From: the human T2T-CHM13v2.0 reference genome, Homo sapiens
Strand: one strand, 5' to 3'
DNA length: 64,000 nucleotides
NCBI RefSeq assembly: GCF_009914755.1
Contig: NC_060927.1
Shown here: piece after piece, positions 31,300 to 44,929 of the stretch
Position numbering within the stretch: the stretch's first letter is position 1
Layout: every line of letters begins with the position of its first letter
Made by a program: the position numbers and the translations under genes
The notes under the pieces: model-generated
The model's database searches: none
Told to the model about the DNA's origin: nothing
The model's input: only the letters and a program-made list of their open reading frames with translations

Positions 31300-31378
31300 A
31301 GTTGAACATAAAGTTTGAAAGAGGTGCACACAATCAGCTCTCTTGAGCCAATGAGAGCTGGCTGCAGCCTTCCACTGA
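31300..31378. mobile_element. MER63-like (hAT) terminal fragment
   Basis: gaggtgcacacaatcagctctcttgagccaatgagagctggctgcagccttccactg resembles the reverse complement of the MER63 terminus. Confidence 0.55.
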
Positions 31379-31620
31379 ATATGAGTCTAATATAGGAATA
31401 AAACTACGTAATTGTTATTGATATGTATAAAATTGGGCATAACCCAAGACTGAATATATGGAGATTCACACCTGCTCCTCAGTACAAAATCTTAATATCA
31501 TAAAACTGCTAGTTATTTAATATAATTAATTATAAATGAATATAAAATTCTAACTCCCATCGAAAATCTTATGTTTTTATTCAACAAAATGATTTTATGC
31601 TATTTTAAAGAATAAATATG

Positions 31621-34600
31621 GGCGAGGCCAAGATGGCTGACTAGAAACAGCAGCGTTCAGAGGCTCCCATTGAAAAAAAAAATCATAATAAGCGTGTGAA
31701 TCCTTCACCAGCAACCAAGGTATCCAGATTCTCTTATCAAAATTGACTAGGAGGCTGGCATGACCCACAAAGAGGAGGAAGAACAATGTGGTGCGGTGGA
31801 CCACCTGAGAGCCACACAGCGCGGGGGAGCCCACTCGCCCAGCAAAGGGAGGCAGTGAGTGAGCATGCTACCCAGCCAGGGAAACTGTGCTTTTTCCACA
31901 AAACTGTGCAACCCATGGATCGGAAGATCCCACTCATGAAACCATACCCCTGGGCCTAGCATCCCAACCCCAGAACATGTAGACTCTTAACACCCTCTCA
32001 GCTGGAATCCGCTTAAGTCTACCAAACTCCCAGGGGAAGGGGCAACCACCACCGCAGCTGCTGCTACCTGCTGTCTAAGCCATTTGAGGTCCTTGGGGAA
32101 GGGGCAACCACCACCGCAGCTGCTGCTACCTGCTGTCTAAGCCATTTGAGGTCCTTGGGGAAGGGGCAGTAGCCAGCACTGGGACTTGCAACTGCCTAAC
32201 ACACTAAGCTCCCTGGCAGGGGAAGAGGAGCACCCATCTCTATAGCCCAGGCTGTGCTTTTTCCCTGCTGGAGCCAGGGAGGGTGGACAGCTTGGTCCCA
32301 AGACTTCTCCCCAACAACCCAATACACTGGCTGTGGCAGTCTGTGGCCGGGTGCCTCTTCAGGCCTGACCCTGACCCATCCTTCCTCACTGGGTGGGGCT
32401 TCCCTGCAGGAACTCCAATAACTCCAGCCAGAGGCTCAGGGACAGAACCGGATCTCCCTGGTACTGAGCCCCTATGGGGGAAGGGTGGCCACAACCTCTG
32501 CAGACCAGCAGACTTAGCCTTTCCTCCTGGCAGTTCTGAGGAATCCGAGCAGCCCAGACGAGTGGGTTTCCCTTCAGTGAGGCACACCCCCTCCACAAAG
32601 AAAGTTCTTCACTAAAGAGGTCCTATTCCCCATGCCACCCAACAGGGGTTGTCAGACGCCCCGTACAAGAGCAATCCTATTGGCATCAGGTTGGTCCCCT
32701 CAAGGTCAAAGTTCCCAGAAGAAGGAGCAGGCACCCATCTTTGCTGTTCTCCAGCCTCCTTGAGTGATATTCCAGGTGCAGAAGCAAATCAGATGAATAG
32801 GGCCTGAAGTGAGCCCCCGACAAACTGCAGCAGCCCTACAGAAGAGGGACCTAATCATTGAAAGAAAAACAAACAAGCAGAAAGCAACAACAACAGCATC
32901 ATCAACAACAACAAAAAGGCCCCCACAAAAACCCCATCCAAGTTTCAGCAGCCTCAAAGACAGAAACTAGACAAACTCATGAAGATGAGAAAGAATCAAT
33001 GGAAAAATGCTGAAAACCCAAAAGGCCAGAGTGCCTCTTCTCCTCAGAATGATCACAATGTCTCTCCATCAAGGGCACAGAACAGCATGGAGGATCAGAT
33101 GGACAAATTGACAGAAGTAGGCTTCAAAAGATGGGTAATAAAAAAACCCATTGAGCTAAAGGAGCATGTTCTAAACCAATGCAAAGAAGCTGAGAACTTT
33201 GATAAAAGGTTAGAGGAATTGCTAACTAGAAAAACCAGTTTAGAGAGGAACATAACTGACCTGATGGACCTGAAAAACACAGCACAAGAACTCTGTGAAG
33301 CATATACAAGTATCAATAGCCAAATTGACCAAGTGGAAGAAAGAATATCAGAGTTTGAAGACCACCTTGCTGAAATAAGGCATGAAGACAAGACCAGAGA
33401 AAATAGAATGAAAAGGAATGAGCAAAGCCTCCAAGAAATATAGGACTTCATAAAAAGACTGAACCTGCAATTGATTGGAGTACCAGAAGGAGACCGGGAA
33501 ATGGAAACAAGCTGGAAAACACTCTTCAGGATATTATCCAGGAGAACTTCCCCAACCTAGCAAGACAGGCCAACAAGCAAATTCAGGAAATACAGAGAAC
33601 ACCATTAAGATACTCCACAAGAAAATCAATCCCAAGACACAAAATCATCAGATTCTCCAAGGTCGAAATGAAGGAAAAACTGTTAGGGGCAGCCAGAGAG
33701 AAAAGCCAGGTCACCTACAAAGGGAGGCCTATCAGACTAACAGCAGACCTCTCAGCAGAAACTCTACAAGCCAAAAGAGATTGGGGGCCAATATTAAACA
33801 TTCTTAAAGAAAAAAATTTCAACCCCAAATTTCATATCCAGCCAAATTAAGCTTCATAAGTGAGGGAGAAATAAAATCCAGACAAGCAAATGCTAAGGGA
33901 TTTCATTACCACAAGGCCTTCCCTGAAAGAAGCGCTAAATATGGAAAGGAAAAGGCAGTACCAGCCACTGCAAAAACACACGAAAATATAAAGACCAATG
34001 ACACTATGAAGAAACTGCATCAGCTAGTGTGCAAAATAACCAAACAGCAGCATGATGACAGGATCAAATTCACACATAACAATACTAACACTAAAGGTAA
34101 ATGGGCTAAAGGCCCAATTGAAAGACACAGACTGGCAAATTGGATAAAGAGTCAAGACCTATCCGTGTACTGTATTCAGAAGACCCATCTCAAGTGCAAG
34201 GACACATATAGGCTCAAAATAAAGGGATGGAGGAAAATTTACCAAGAAAATGGAAAGCAAAAAAAAGCGGGGGTTGCAATCCTAGTCTCTGACAAAACAG
34301 ACTTCAAACCAACAAAGATCAAAAAAAAACAAAGAAGGGCATTACATAATGGTAAAGGGAACAATTTAACAAGAAGAGCTAATTATTCTAAATTATTCTA
34401 AATATATATGCACCCAATACAGGAGCACCCAGATTCATAAAACAAGTACTTAGAGACCTTCAAAGAGACTTAGACTCACACACAATAATAGTGGAAGAAT
34501 TTAACACCCCACTGACTGATCAATGAGACAGAAAATTAACAAGGATATTCAGGACTTGAACTCAGCTCTGGATCAAGTGGACCTAGTAGACGTCTAGAGA

Positions 34601-37600
34601 ACTCTGTACCTCAAATCAACAGAATATACATTTTTCTCAGTGCCACATGCCACTTATTCTAAAATTGACCACATAATTGGAAGTAAAACACTCCTCAGCA
34701 AATGCAAAATAAATGAAATCATAATGAACAGTCTCTCAGACCACAGTACAACCAAATTAGAACTCAGGATTAAAAAACTCACTCGAAACCACACAATTAC
34801 ATGGAAATTGAACAACTTGCTCCTGAATGACTCCTGGGTAATTAATGAAATTAAGGCAGAAATAAATAAGTTCTTTGAAACCAATGAGAACAAAGACACA
34901 ACATACCAGAATCTCTGGAACACAGCTAAAGCAGGGTTAAGAAGGAAATTTATAGTACTAAATTCCCACATCAGACAGCTTGAAAGATCTCAAAATAATA
35001 CTCTAACATCACAACTAAAAGAACTAGAGAGGCAAGAACAAATTAATCCAAAAGCTAGCAGAAGACAAGAAATAACTAAGATCAGACAAGAATTGATGGA
35101 GATAGAGACACGAAAATCCCTCCAAAAAATCAATGAATTTAGAAGATGGTTTTTCAAAAAAATTAAGAAAATAGATAGACCACTAGCTAGACTAATCTAG
35201 ACTAATAAAGAAGAAAAGACAGAAGCATCAAATAGACAAAATAAAAATTGATAAAGGGGATATCACCACTGACCCCACAGAAATACAAACTACCATCAGA
35301 CAATACTATAAACACCTCTATGCAAATAAACTAGAAAATCTAAAAGAAATTGGTAAATCCCTGGATGCATACACCCTCCCAATTCAAAACCAAGAAGAAG
35401 TTGAATCTCTAAATAGACCAATAACAAGTTCTGAAATTGATGCAGTAATTAGTAGCCTAACAACAAAAAAAATCCAGGACTAGAATAGATTCACAGCTGA
35501 ATTCTAACAGAAATACTGAGAGAAGCTGGTACCATTCCTTCTGAAACTATTCCAAACAACTGAAAAGGAGGGGCTCCTCCCTCATTTTATGAATCCAGCA
35601 TCATTCTGATACCAAAACCGGGAAGAGAAACAACAAAAAAAGTAAACTTCAGGTAAAATATCCTGAGCATCTATGCAAAAATCCTCCATAAAATACTGGC
35701 AAACTGAATCCAGCAGCACATAAAAACATTTATCCACCACGATCAAGTCAGCTTCATCCCTGGGATGCAAGGCTGGCTCAACAAACACAAATCAATAAAC
35801 ATAATCCATCACATAAACAGAACCAATGACAAAAACCACATGATTATCTCAATAGATGCAGAAAAGGACTTTGATAAAATGAAACATCTCTTCATGTTAA
35901 AAACTCTAAATAAACTAGGTATTGATGGAACATATCTCAAAATAATAAGAGCTATTTATGACAAACCCACAGCCAATATCATATTGAATGGGCAAAAGCT
36001 GGAAGCATTCCCTTTGAAAACCGGTACAAAACAAGGATACCCTCTCTCACCACTCCTATTCAACATAGTATTGGAAGTTCTATCAGGGCAATTGGGCAAG
36101 AGAAAGAAATAAAGCATATTCAAATAGGAAGCGAGGAAGTCAAATTGTCTCTGTTTGCAGACAACATGATTGTATATTTAGAAAACCCCATCATCTCAGC
36201 CCAAAAACTTCTTAAACTCATAAGCAATTTCACCAAAGTCTCAGGATACAAAATCAATGTGCAATAATCACAAGCATTCCTTTGCACCAACAATAGACAA
36301 GCAGAGAGCCAAATCATAAATGAAATCCCATTCGTAATTGCTACAAAGAGAATAAAATACCTAGGAATACAGCTAATAAGGGATATGAAGGATCTCTTCA
36401 AGGAGAACTACAAACCGCTGCCGAAGGAAATATGAGAGGAAGAAAACAAATGGAAAAACATTCCATCTTCATGGATAGGAAGAATCACTATCATGAAAAT
36501 GGCCATACTGCCCAAAGTAATTCATAGATTCAATGCTATTCCCATCAAACTACCATTGACATTCTTTACGGAAGTAGGAAAAAAACTATTTTAAATTTCA
36601 TATGGAATCAAAGAAGACCCCATATAGCCAAGACAATCCTAAGCAAAGAGAACAAAGCTGGAGGCATCATGCTACCTGACTTTAAACTATACTATAAGGC
36701 TACAGTAACCAAAGCAGCATGGTACTGGTACCAAAATGGACACATAGAAGAAAGGAGCAGAACAGAGACCTCAGCAATAACACCACACATTTACAACCAT
36801 CTAATCTTCGATAAACCTGACAAAAACAAGCAGTAGGGAAAGGATTCCCTGTTTAATAACTGGTGCTGGGAAAACTGGCTAGCCATATGCAGGAAACTGA
36901 TACTGGACCCCTTCTTTATACCTTGAGAAATTAACTCAAGATATATTAAAGGCTTAAATATAAAACCCAAAACCATAAAAACCCTAGAAGAAAACCTAGG
37001 CAGTACCATTCAGGACATAGGCATGGGCAAAGACTTCATGACAAAAATGCCAAAAGCAATTGCAACGAAAGCCAAAATTGACAAATGGGACCTAATTAAA
37101 CTGAAGACTTTCTGCACAGCAAAAGAAACTACCATCAGAGTGAACAGGCAACCTACAGAACGGGAGAAAATTTTTGCAATCTACCCATCTGACAAAGGCC
37201 TAATATACAGAATAAACAATGAACTTAAATTTACAAGAAAAAAGCAAACAATCCCATCAAAAAGTGGGCAAAGGATATGAACAGACACTTCTCAAAAGAA
37301 GACACTTATGCAACCAACAAATATATGAAAAAAAAGCTCAACATCACTGATCATCAGAGGAATGCAAATCAAAACCACGATGAGACACCACCTCACGCAG
37401 TCAGAATGGTGATTATTAAAAAGTCAAGAAACAATAGATGCTGGTGAGGCTGTGGAGAAATAAGAAGACTTTTACGCTGTTGGTGGGAGTGTAAATTAGT
37501 TCAACCATTGTGGAAGACAGTAAGGTGATTCCTCAAAGATCTAGAACCAGAAATACCATTTGACCCAGCAATCCCATTACTGGGTATATACCCAAAGGAA

Positions 37601-38083
37601 TATAAATCATTCTACTATAAGGATACATACACACATATGTTTATTACAGCATTATTAACAATACCAAAGACATAGAACCAACCCAAATGCCCATCAATGA
37701 TTGACTGGATAAAGAAAATGTGGTACATATACACCATGGAACACTATGTAGCCATAAAATGGAATGAATGAGATTATGTCCTTTGCAGGGACATGGATGA
37801 AGCTGGAAGCCATCATCCTCAGCAAACTAACAAAGGAACAGAAAACCAAACACCACATGTTCTCGCTTGTAAGTGGGAGTCGAACAATGAGAACACATGG
37901 ACACAGAGAGGGGAACAATACACACTGCAGCCTGTTGGTGGGTTGGGGGTGAGGGGAGGGACCTTAAAGGATGAGTCAATAAGTGCAGCAAACCACCATG
38001 GCACACATATACCTATGTAACAAACCTGCACGTTCTGCACATGTATCCCGTTTTTTTTTTAGACAAAATTAAAAAAAAGAAAA
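31621..38083 (+). mobile_element. Full-length L1PA8-like LINE-1 (inactive)
   Basis: Starts ggcgaggccaagatggctgactagaaacagc; ORF1 remnant from 32979, ORF2 remnant from ~34055, both with stops and frameshifts; L1PA8-type end ggggagggaccttaaaggatgagtcaata...catgtatcccgttttttttt. Confidence 0.92.
32033..32168 (+). repeat. Perfect 62-bp tandem duplication in L1PA8 5'UTR
   Basis: 32033-32094 identical to 32095-32156; 12-bp ggggaaggggca recurs at 32157. Confidence 0.95.
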
Positions 38084-38405
38084 TGATGTTTTGGTATTCC
38101 ATTCTGTTTTTAGAAAACTTTTAAGTATGTTTCGAACAGCTTGAGCATGTGATTCTACTGTGTTTGAGAATATATTTTATAAAATCTAAATATAGATAAA
38201 ATATTTCTTATGAAAATTAGTTTCTAAATTAAGATGTGCTGTCAGTGCAAAATACTCACCAGATTTTGAGGATGTTGTATGATAAAAAAAAATGTGAACT
38301 GTCTTATTGGTAATTTTTTATATTGATTAGATGTTGAAATGGTTGTATTTGTATATATTGGGTTAAATAAAATACATTATGAACATTAAGAAAAAGAATA
38401 ATAAA
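38084..38405 (+). other. Probable L1 3' transduction (unique DNA + truncated MER33) with second A-rich tail
   Basis: AATAAA 38366-38371, A-rich tail from 38388, candidate TSD aaagaataa..atg at 31607-31620 and 38406-38420; host L1M ORF2 resumes only after 38406. Confidence 0.7.
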
Positions 38406-38689
38406 AAAGAATAATCAATGAAAATTATCAAAAATACTTTTTAAAGCATACAGAAAGGTGACTTATTCTAGCAGATATTAAAAATTACTACAAAGTCACT
38501 GTGGCTAAAATGATATTAACATAAAATGAGATAAATAGATCAATGGAATAGAGTACAAAATGTACAAAATTTAGTAGAAGATCTAATTATATACAAGATC
38601 TTATTTGATAAAGGTGGCATTTCAGTGGCGGGAAAGATGATTTAATAAATGCTGTTGACAGAATTAGCTTTTCATTTAATGTTTCTTAT

Positions 38690-39765
38690 TGCAAAATATA
38701 ACATACATACAGAATAATGCATAAAGTATATAGGTACAGAGTAGGAAATAATTATGGAGTGAACACGCACATATCACCACCCATGTCAAGAAGCTGGACG
38801 TTGCCCATCTTCCCATCCTGTTATGTTTCTCTTGGATGACAATCTCCTCCCTCTCCCCAAAAGGTAACTCTTAGCCTGACTTAGATGTTAATCAATTTCT
38901 TGCTTTTTAAACATAATTTTTCCATACACATATGCATCTCTAAACATTGTGAGATATCAGTTTCCATCTTTTTGAAACTTAGTAAGTCACACTGTATGTA
39001 TTTTTTGCTTCTTTCACTTAAAATTATATTTGTGAGATTGCCCCATGATGCTTTGTGAAACTATGGTTCATTCATTTTTCTAAAGTCAGGTTTATTGAGG
39101 TATAATTTACATTTAAAAACTCACCTTTTTAAAAAGGATGCATAATTCTATGTGTTTTGACAAACATATGCAATCATGTATCCATCACCACAATCCAGAT
39201 ATAGAATATTTCTGTTACCCCAAAAAGTTTCTGTGTGCCCATTTGTAAGTCCCTTCTCCTACCTTCAGACCCTAGTAACCGCTAACCTGGTATCTGCCCT
39301 TACAGCTTTGCTTTTTCTAGAATCTTATATAAATAGAATTGCACAGAACATAGGACTTTGTTTGACTACTTTCACTTAGCATAACGCTTTTGGAATTCAT
39401 TCGTGTTGCGTCTCTCAACAGTTCACTCATTTTTATTGCTAGTAACATTGGTTTGTATGGACACATCCCCGTGTGTTTGTGCAGTTCTGTCTATGCAGTG
39501 TGTTTATACCAGTGGATATCTGGGTTTCTTTCAGGTTTTGCTGATTATAAATAAAGCTGCAACAAATATTTGTATACAGGTCTTCATGTTTTCATTTCTC
39601 TTGGATAAATATACAGGAGTAGATAACTAGGTCACATAGTAAATGTACATTTGAATTTTATAAGGAACTGTCAAACTGTCTCCCAAAGAGCCTATGCCTT
39701 TTCCATTCCCATCAACAGTGTATGCTTAGTATCCTGAAAACTAGGTATTGCTGGCTATTTTTTAT
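38690..39765 (-). mobile_element. Old L1M 3' end fragments (L1ME/L1MB-like)
   Basis: tttattgaggtataatttacattt...catcaccacaatccagatatagaatattt...ataaagctgcaacaaatatttgtatacagg antisense L1M 3'UTR pattern; related sequence continues to ~42860. Confidence 0.7.
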
Positions 39766-39789
39766 TTTTTTGTTTTTTTAAAACATGTT

Positions 39790-40273
<484 letters not shown>

Positions 40274-40534
40274 AGGTCTAGACATTACTAAATTACTTGC
40301 CTAAGTTTTGCTACCAATATATGAGCATTCCAATTATACATCTTTATCAACAGTTGGTATGTCAGATATTTTCAGTTTTTTGCTGGCTATTTTGAAAATT
40401 TCAGTTTAGTCATTCTAATAAGTGCCTAGAGGCATCTCATCATGTGTTTTTAAATTATTCATTCTTTCATTTACAGCAATATTCACTGTTTTTGGTGTAC
40501 AGTTATTTGAGTTTTGGCAAATTCATATATTCTT

Positions 40535-42175
40535 TTATTATTATTATTATTATTATTATTATATTTTAAGTTCTGGGTTACATGTGCAGAACGTGCAGTT
40601 TTGTTACATAAGTATACACGTGCCCTGGTAGTTTGCTGCACCCATCAACTCATCACCTACATTAGGTATTTCTCCTAATGTTATCCCTCCCCTAGCCACC
40701 CAACCCCCAACAGGCCCTGGTGTGTGATATTCCCCTCCCTGTGTCCACATGATCTCCTTGTTCAACTCCCACTTACGAGTGAGAACATGCGGTGTTTGAC
40801 TTTCTGATCTTGTGATAGTTTGCTGAGAATGATGGTTTCCAGCTTCATCCATCTCCCTGCAAAGCACATGAACTCATCCTTTTTTAAGGCTGCGTAGTAT
40901 ATTCCATAGTATATATGTGCCACATTTTTTAATCCAGTCTATCACTGATGGACATTGGGGTTGGTTCCAAGTCTTTGCTATTGTGAATAGTGCCTCAATA
41001 AACATACATGTGCATGTGTCTTTATTGTAGAATGATTTATAATCCTTTGGGTATATATCCAGTAATGGGATTACTGGGCCAAATGGTTATTTCCAGTTCT
41101 AGATCCTTGAGGAATCGCCACACTGTCTTCCACAATGGTTGAACTAATTTACACTCCCACCAACAGTGTAAAAGCATTCCTATTTTTCCACAACCTCTCC
41201 AGCATCTGTTGTTTCCTGACTTTTTAATGATCGCCATTCTAACTGGCATGAGATGGTATCTCATTGTGGTTTCGATTTGCATTTCTCTAATGACCACTGA
41301 TGATGAGCAGTTTTTCATATATTTGTTGGCTGTAAAAATGTCTTCTTTTGAGAAGTGTCTGTTCATATCCTTTGCCCACTTTTTGATGGGGTTGTTTGCT
41401 TTTTTCTTGTAAATTTGTTTAAGTTATTTGTAGATTCTGGATATTAGCCCTTTGTCTGATGGATGGATTGCAAAAATTTTCTCCCATTCTGTAGGTTGCC
41501 TGTTCACTCTGATGATAGTTTCTTTTGCTGTGCAGAAGCTCTTTAATTTAATCAGATCCTGTTTGTTAATTTTGGCTTTTGTTGCCATTGCTTTTGGTGT
41601 TTTAGACATGAAGTGTTTGTCCACGCCTATGTCCTGAATGGTACTGCCCAGGTTTTCTTCTAGGATTTTTATGGTTTTAGGTCTTATGTTTAAGTCTTTA
41701 ATCCATCTTGAGTTGATTTTCGTAAAAGGTGTAAGGAAGGGGTCCAGTTTCTAGGATTTTTATGGTTTTAGGTCTTATGTTTAAGTCTTTAATCCATCTT
41801 GAGTTGATTTTTGTAAAAGGCGTAAGGAAGGGGTCCAGTTTCAGTTTTCTGCTTATGGCTAGCCAGTTTTCCCAGCACCACTTATTAAAAGGGAATCTTT
41901 TCCCCATTGCTTGTGTGCATCAGGTTTGTCAAAGATCAGATGGTTGTAGCTGTGTGGAGTTATTTCTGATGCCTCTGTTCTGTTCCATTGGTCTATATAT
42001 CTGTTTTGGTACCAGTACCATGCTGTTTTGGTTACTGTAGCCTTGTAGTATAGTTTGAAATCAGGTAGCGTGATGCCTCCAGTTTTGTTCTTCTTGCCCA
42101 GGATTGTCTTGGCTATGCGGCCTCTTTTCTGGTTCCAAATGAAGTTTAAAGTAGTTTTTTCCAATTCTGTGAAGA
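40535..42175 (-). mobile_element. 5'-truncated L1PA7-like element
   Basis: (tta)n tail, L1PA 3'UTR and ORF2 C-terminus on minus strand; perfect TSD aaattcatatattctt at 40519-40534 and 42176-42191. Confidence 0.93.
41661..41842. repeat. 91-bp tandem duplication inside L1
   Basis: 41661-41751 vs 41752-41842, two C/T differences. Confidence 0.93.
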
Positions 42176-42879
42176 AAATTCATATATTCTTGTAACCACC
42201 ACATGAAGATACACAATAGTTCAATCATCAAAAACATTCCTTTGCACTGTCCCTTTGTTTTCAACCCTTCTCTCCATCCCAAGTTCTGATCTGTTTTCTG
42301 TCTTTATAATTTTACCTTTTCCAGAATCTCACTGTGGATTTAATTAGCATATCCCTAATGAGCGATGCTATTGAGCATATTGTCTTTGTGAAGTAATTAT
42401 TCAAACATTTCACCTATTCTTTAAAAGATTGGTTTTTTATTATCAATTTATAAGGTTTTTTTATATTCTGGATCTAAATCCTTCATCAGATATGTGTTTC
42501 ACAAATATTTTCTCTCAGTCAGTGGCTTTTTATTTTGTTAACATTGTCTTTTGAATAGCATATGTTTTAATTTTGATGAAATCTAATTTATTGAATTTTT
42601 CTCTTATGATTCCTACTTTTTGTGTCCTATCTAAAAATTATTTGCCTAAACAAAGATCACAAAGAATTTCTCCTATATTTTCTTAGAAGTGGTATAGTTT
42701 TTGGTTTTACATTTAGGACTATAATTTAAGTATTATATATGGTGTGAAGTACAGGCTGAATTTTATGTTTTTACAAATGGATATTCAATTGTTCCAGCAC
42801 TATTTGTTGGAAAACATTTCTTGATTTCATTGAGTCATCTTGGCCTCTTTGTTAAAAATCTATTGTGCTGTTTTTCCAA

Positions 42880-43140
42880 CTGGGAGAAGGCAGAGATCTG
42901 CAAGCCAGGAAGAGGGCCCTCATCAGGAACAGAAGTGGCCCGCACTTGATCTTAGACTTCCCAGCCTCCAGAATGGGGAGAAATAAATGTCTCTTGTTTA
43001 AGCCACCCAGTCTCTGGCATTTTGTTATAGCAACCCAAGGTGACTAAAACAAATTTTGGTACCGAGAAGTGAAGTACAGCTATAACAAGTTCCTAAAAAT
43101 GTGGAAGTGGCTTTGGAACTGAGTAATGAGTAGAGGCTGA
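42880..43140 (+). mobile_element. MST/MLT1-type MaLR LTR 3' half (to 43051) plus first ~90 bp of internal region
   Basis: cttgatcttagacttcccagcctccagaa...gactaaaaca followed by aattttggtaccgagaagtg...gtggaagtggctttggaactg. Confidence 0.85.
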
Positions 43141-44929
43141 AAAAAAATCCAAGGGTCCACACAAATGTATGTATACTCTGCAGTTGAACATAAAGCTTGG
43201 AAGAGGTGTGCACAATAAGCTTTCTTGAGCCCAAAATGGAAAGCTCATGTCAGCATAAAGAGCTCATCTTCTCCCTAAAAGCAGGCTCTAACTGGAGACC
43301 CGGTGATAATCAGAGTCTGCTTGAGCAGTGAAGACCCTTAAGGCAGTTATGTAGACAGATCAAATGGCCTCTCCCTCGTCGGGTACCAAAGGTCCCTTAA
43401 CCAGTTAAACTAAGAGGGGTAGTATTTATAAGGAACTGCGGTATCTCTAAGGTAGATAGTACAGCCTGGCTTCATTAGGAATAAAACTGAAAAGCCTCAG
43501 GATCCCAAGCTCTGCCTCTACCATCTCTCTCCCAACCCTAGTGTCTCTACTTCTCATTTAATATCCCTTTTTCATCTTTCTCTTTCTTTCTGCTGAGTCA
43601 TTTTTACTAATTAAGCATGCTCCTGACCAAACACAATCACCTCAAGGCTACTGAATTTTATATCCACAACTGAAGGGGTCAGTTGAGACTATCTAGAATC
43701 ACCATCCAAATTTGCAGGAGCCAAATTCCAATGAGATGAACTTGGATCAGAGGTCCTATCTTGGTGCAATGAACTCTGGCCAAGCCCAGGCTTGTGAGTG
43801 GGTGAAACAGATTCTCAGAGAAGGGGATTTGCAAATGCTAAGACATTCTAAACAGTGGCTTTCACAAATGGCCCTAACGGATGTATGCTGATGCAGCCAT
43901 TTCACAGTAAAAATTGTCTCTATCATTTGGCTACAATTTTTCTCCCACAGATGGGACTGGAATGAGAACACCTACTTTTGTTTCGGTGGTATTCTTTTTT
44001 CTCCACTCTTGTAGCTGATCACCGAATTGACACATTTAATGATCATTAATAAATAAACACACTGAACCAGGTTTAGTGTGACCTCAGAACCTACTCGTCT
44101 TTCTGGTTACCTTGCATATCTTTGTTCTTGTTCATCATATGTTAACTTTCCAATTTAACTCTCAGAGAGTGTTATTATTTCCATCACTTTCAAGTTTTGT
44201 GGAGAACCAACTATAGAACCAAGTCATTAACATTTTATTTTTTCAAATTAGTTTGTCGTGCATATAAATCTTAAAGAAGGGTCAGAGATTTTGGAGGAAG
44301 AGTCACAAAATGGTTAAGAAATATGAATACAGTTAACCTGAAAAACTCAGAACAGAGTTTTAGATATGTAATCCACGTTATCTTTAGAAGGTGAAAAACT
44401 GAGCAAAAAGAGAAGACCGAAAATGGAAAACTCACTTTAAATAATCATGATAACCCATATGCTATCTGTGTTGCACATTCATGTATGTGATATATAGAAA
44501 TAGATATGGAAACCACATTGGAATTGGAGGTAGAGATAGACATGGACATCACAGAGAACAGGCTCAGAAAGAGTGGGAGCCACTGCGTATGGGTACCTTC
44601 ACAGCACCTAGACCACTCCACTTGGGGTAACTTGACAACTACAACAGCTACATTTCACAACAGAGCATTTGCCAGTCTGGAAAGAGCTAAAAACCCACTA
44701 AAACTCCTGCCTTGGTTTCTCATACTCTATCAGAGCCAACAGATTCATGCCCTCATTCAAGTGAAAGATAAAAGACAAGGCCTTTTCCTTGTCAGAGAAT
44801 TAAATGGTAAATACAAGTGTTTAACTCTTCTTCAACCTAAAATGGGGGAGAAGGGGAGAAAAACTATTTTGTCCATAGACAAACAGGGAAGACATGGAGA
44901 AACTTCAAGATTTGGGAGCATTAAAAGTG

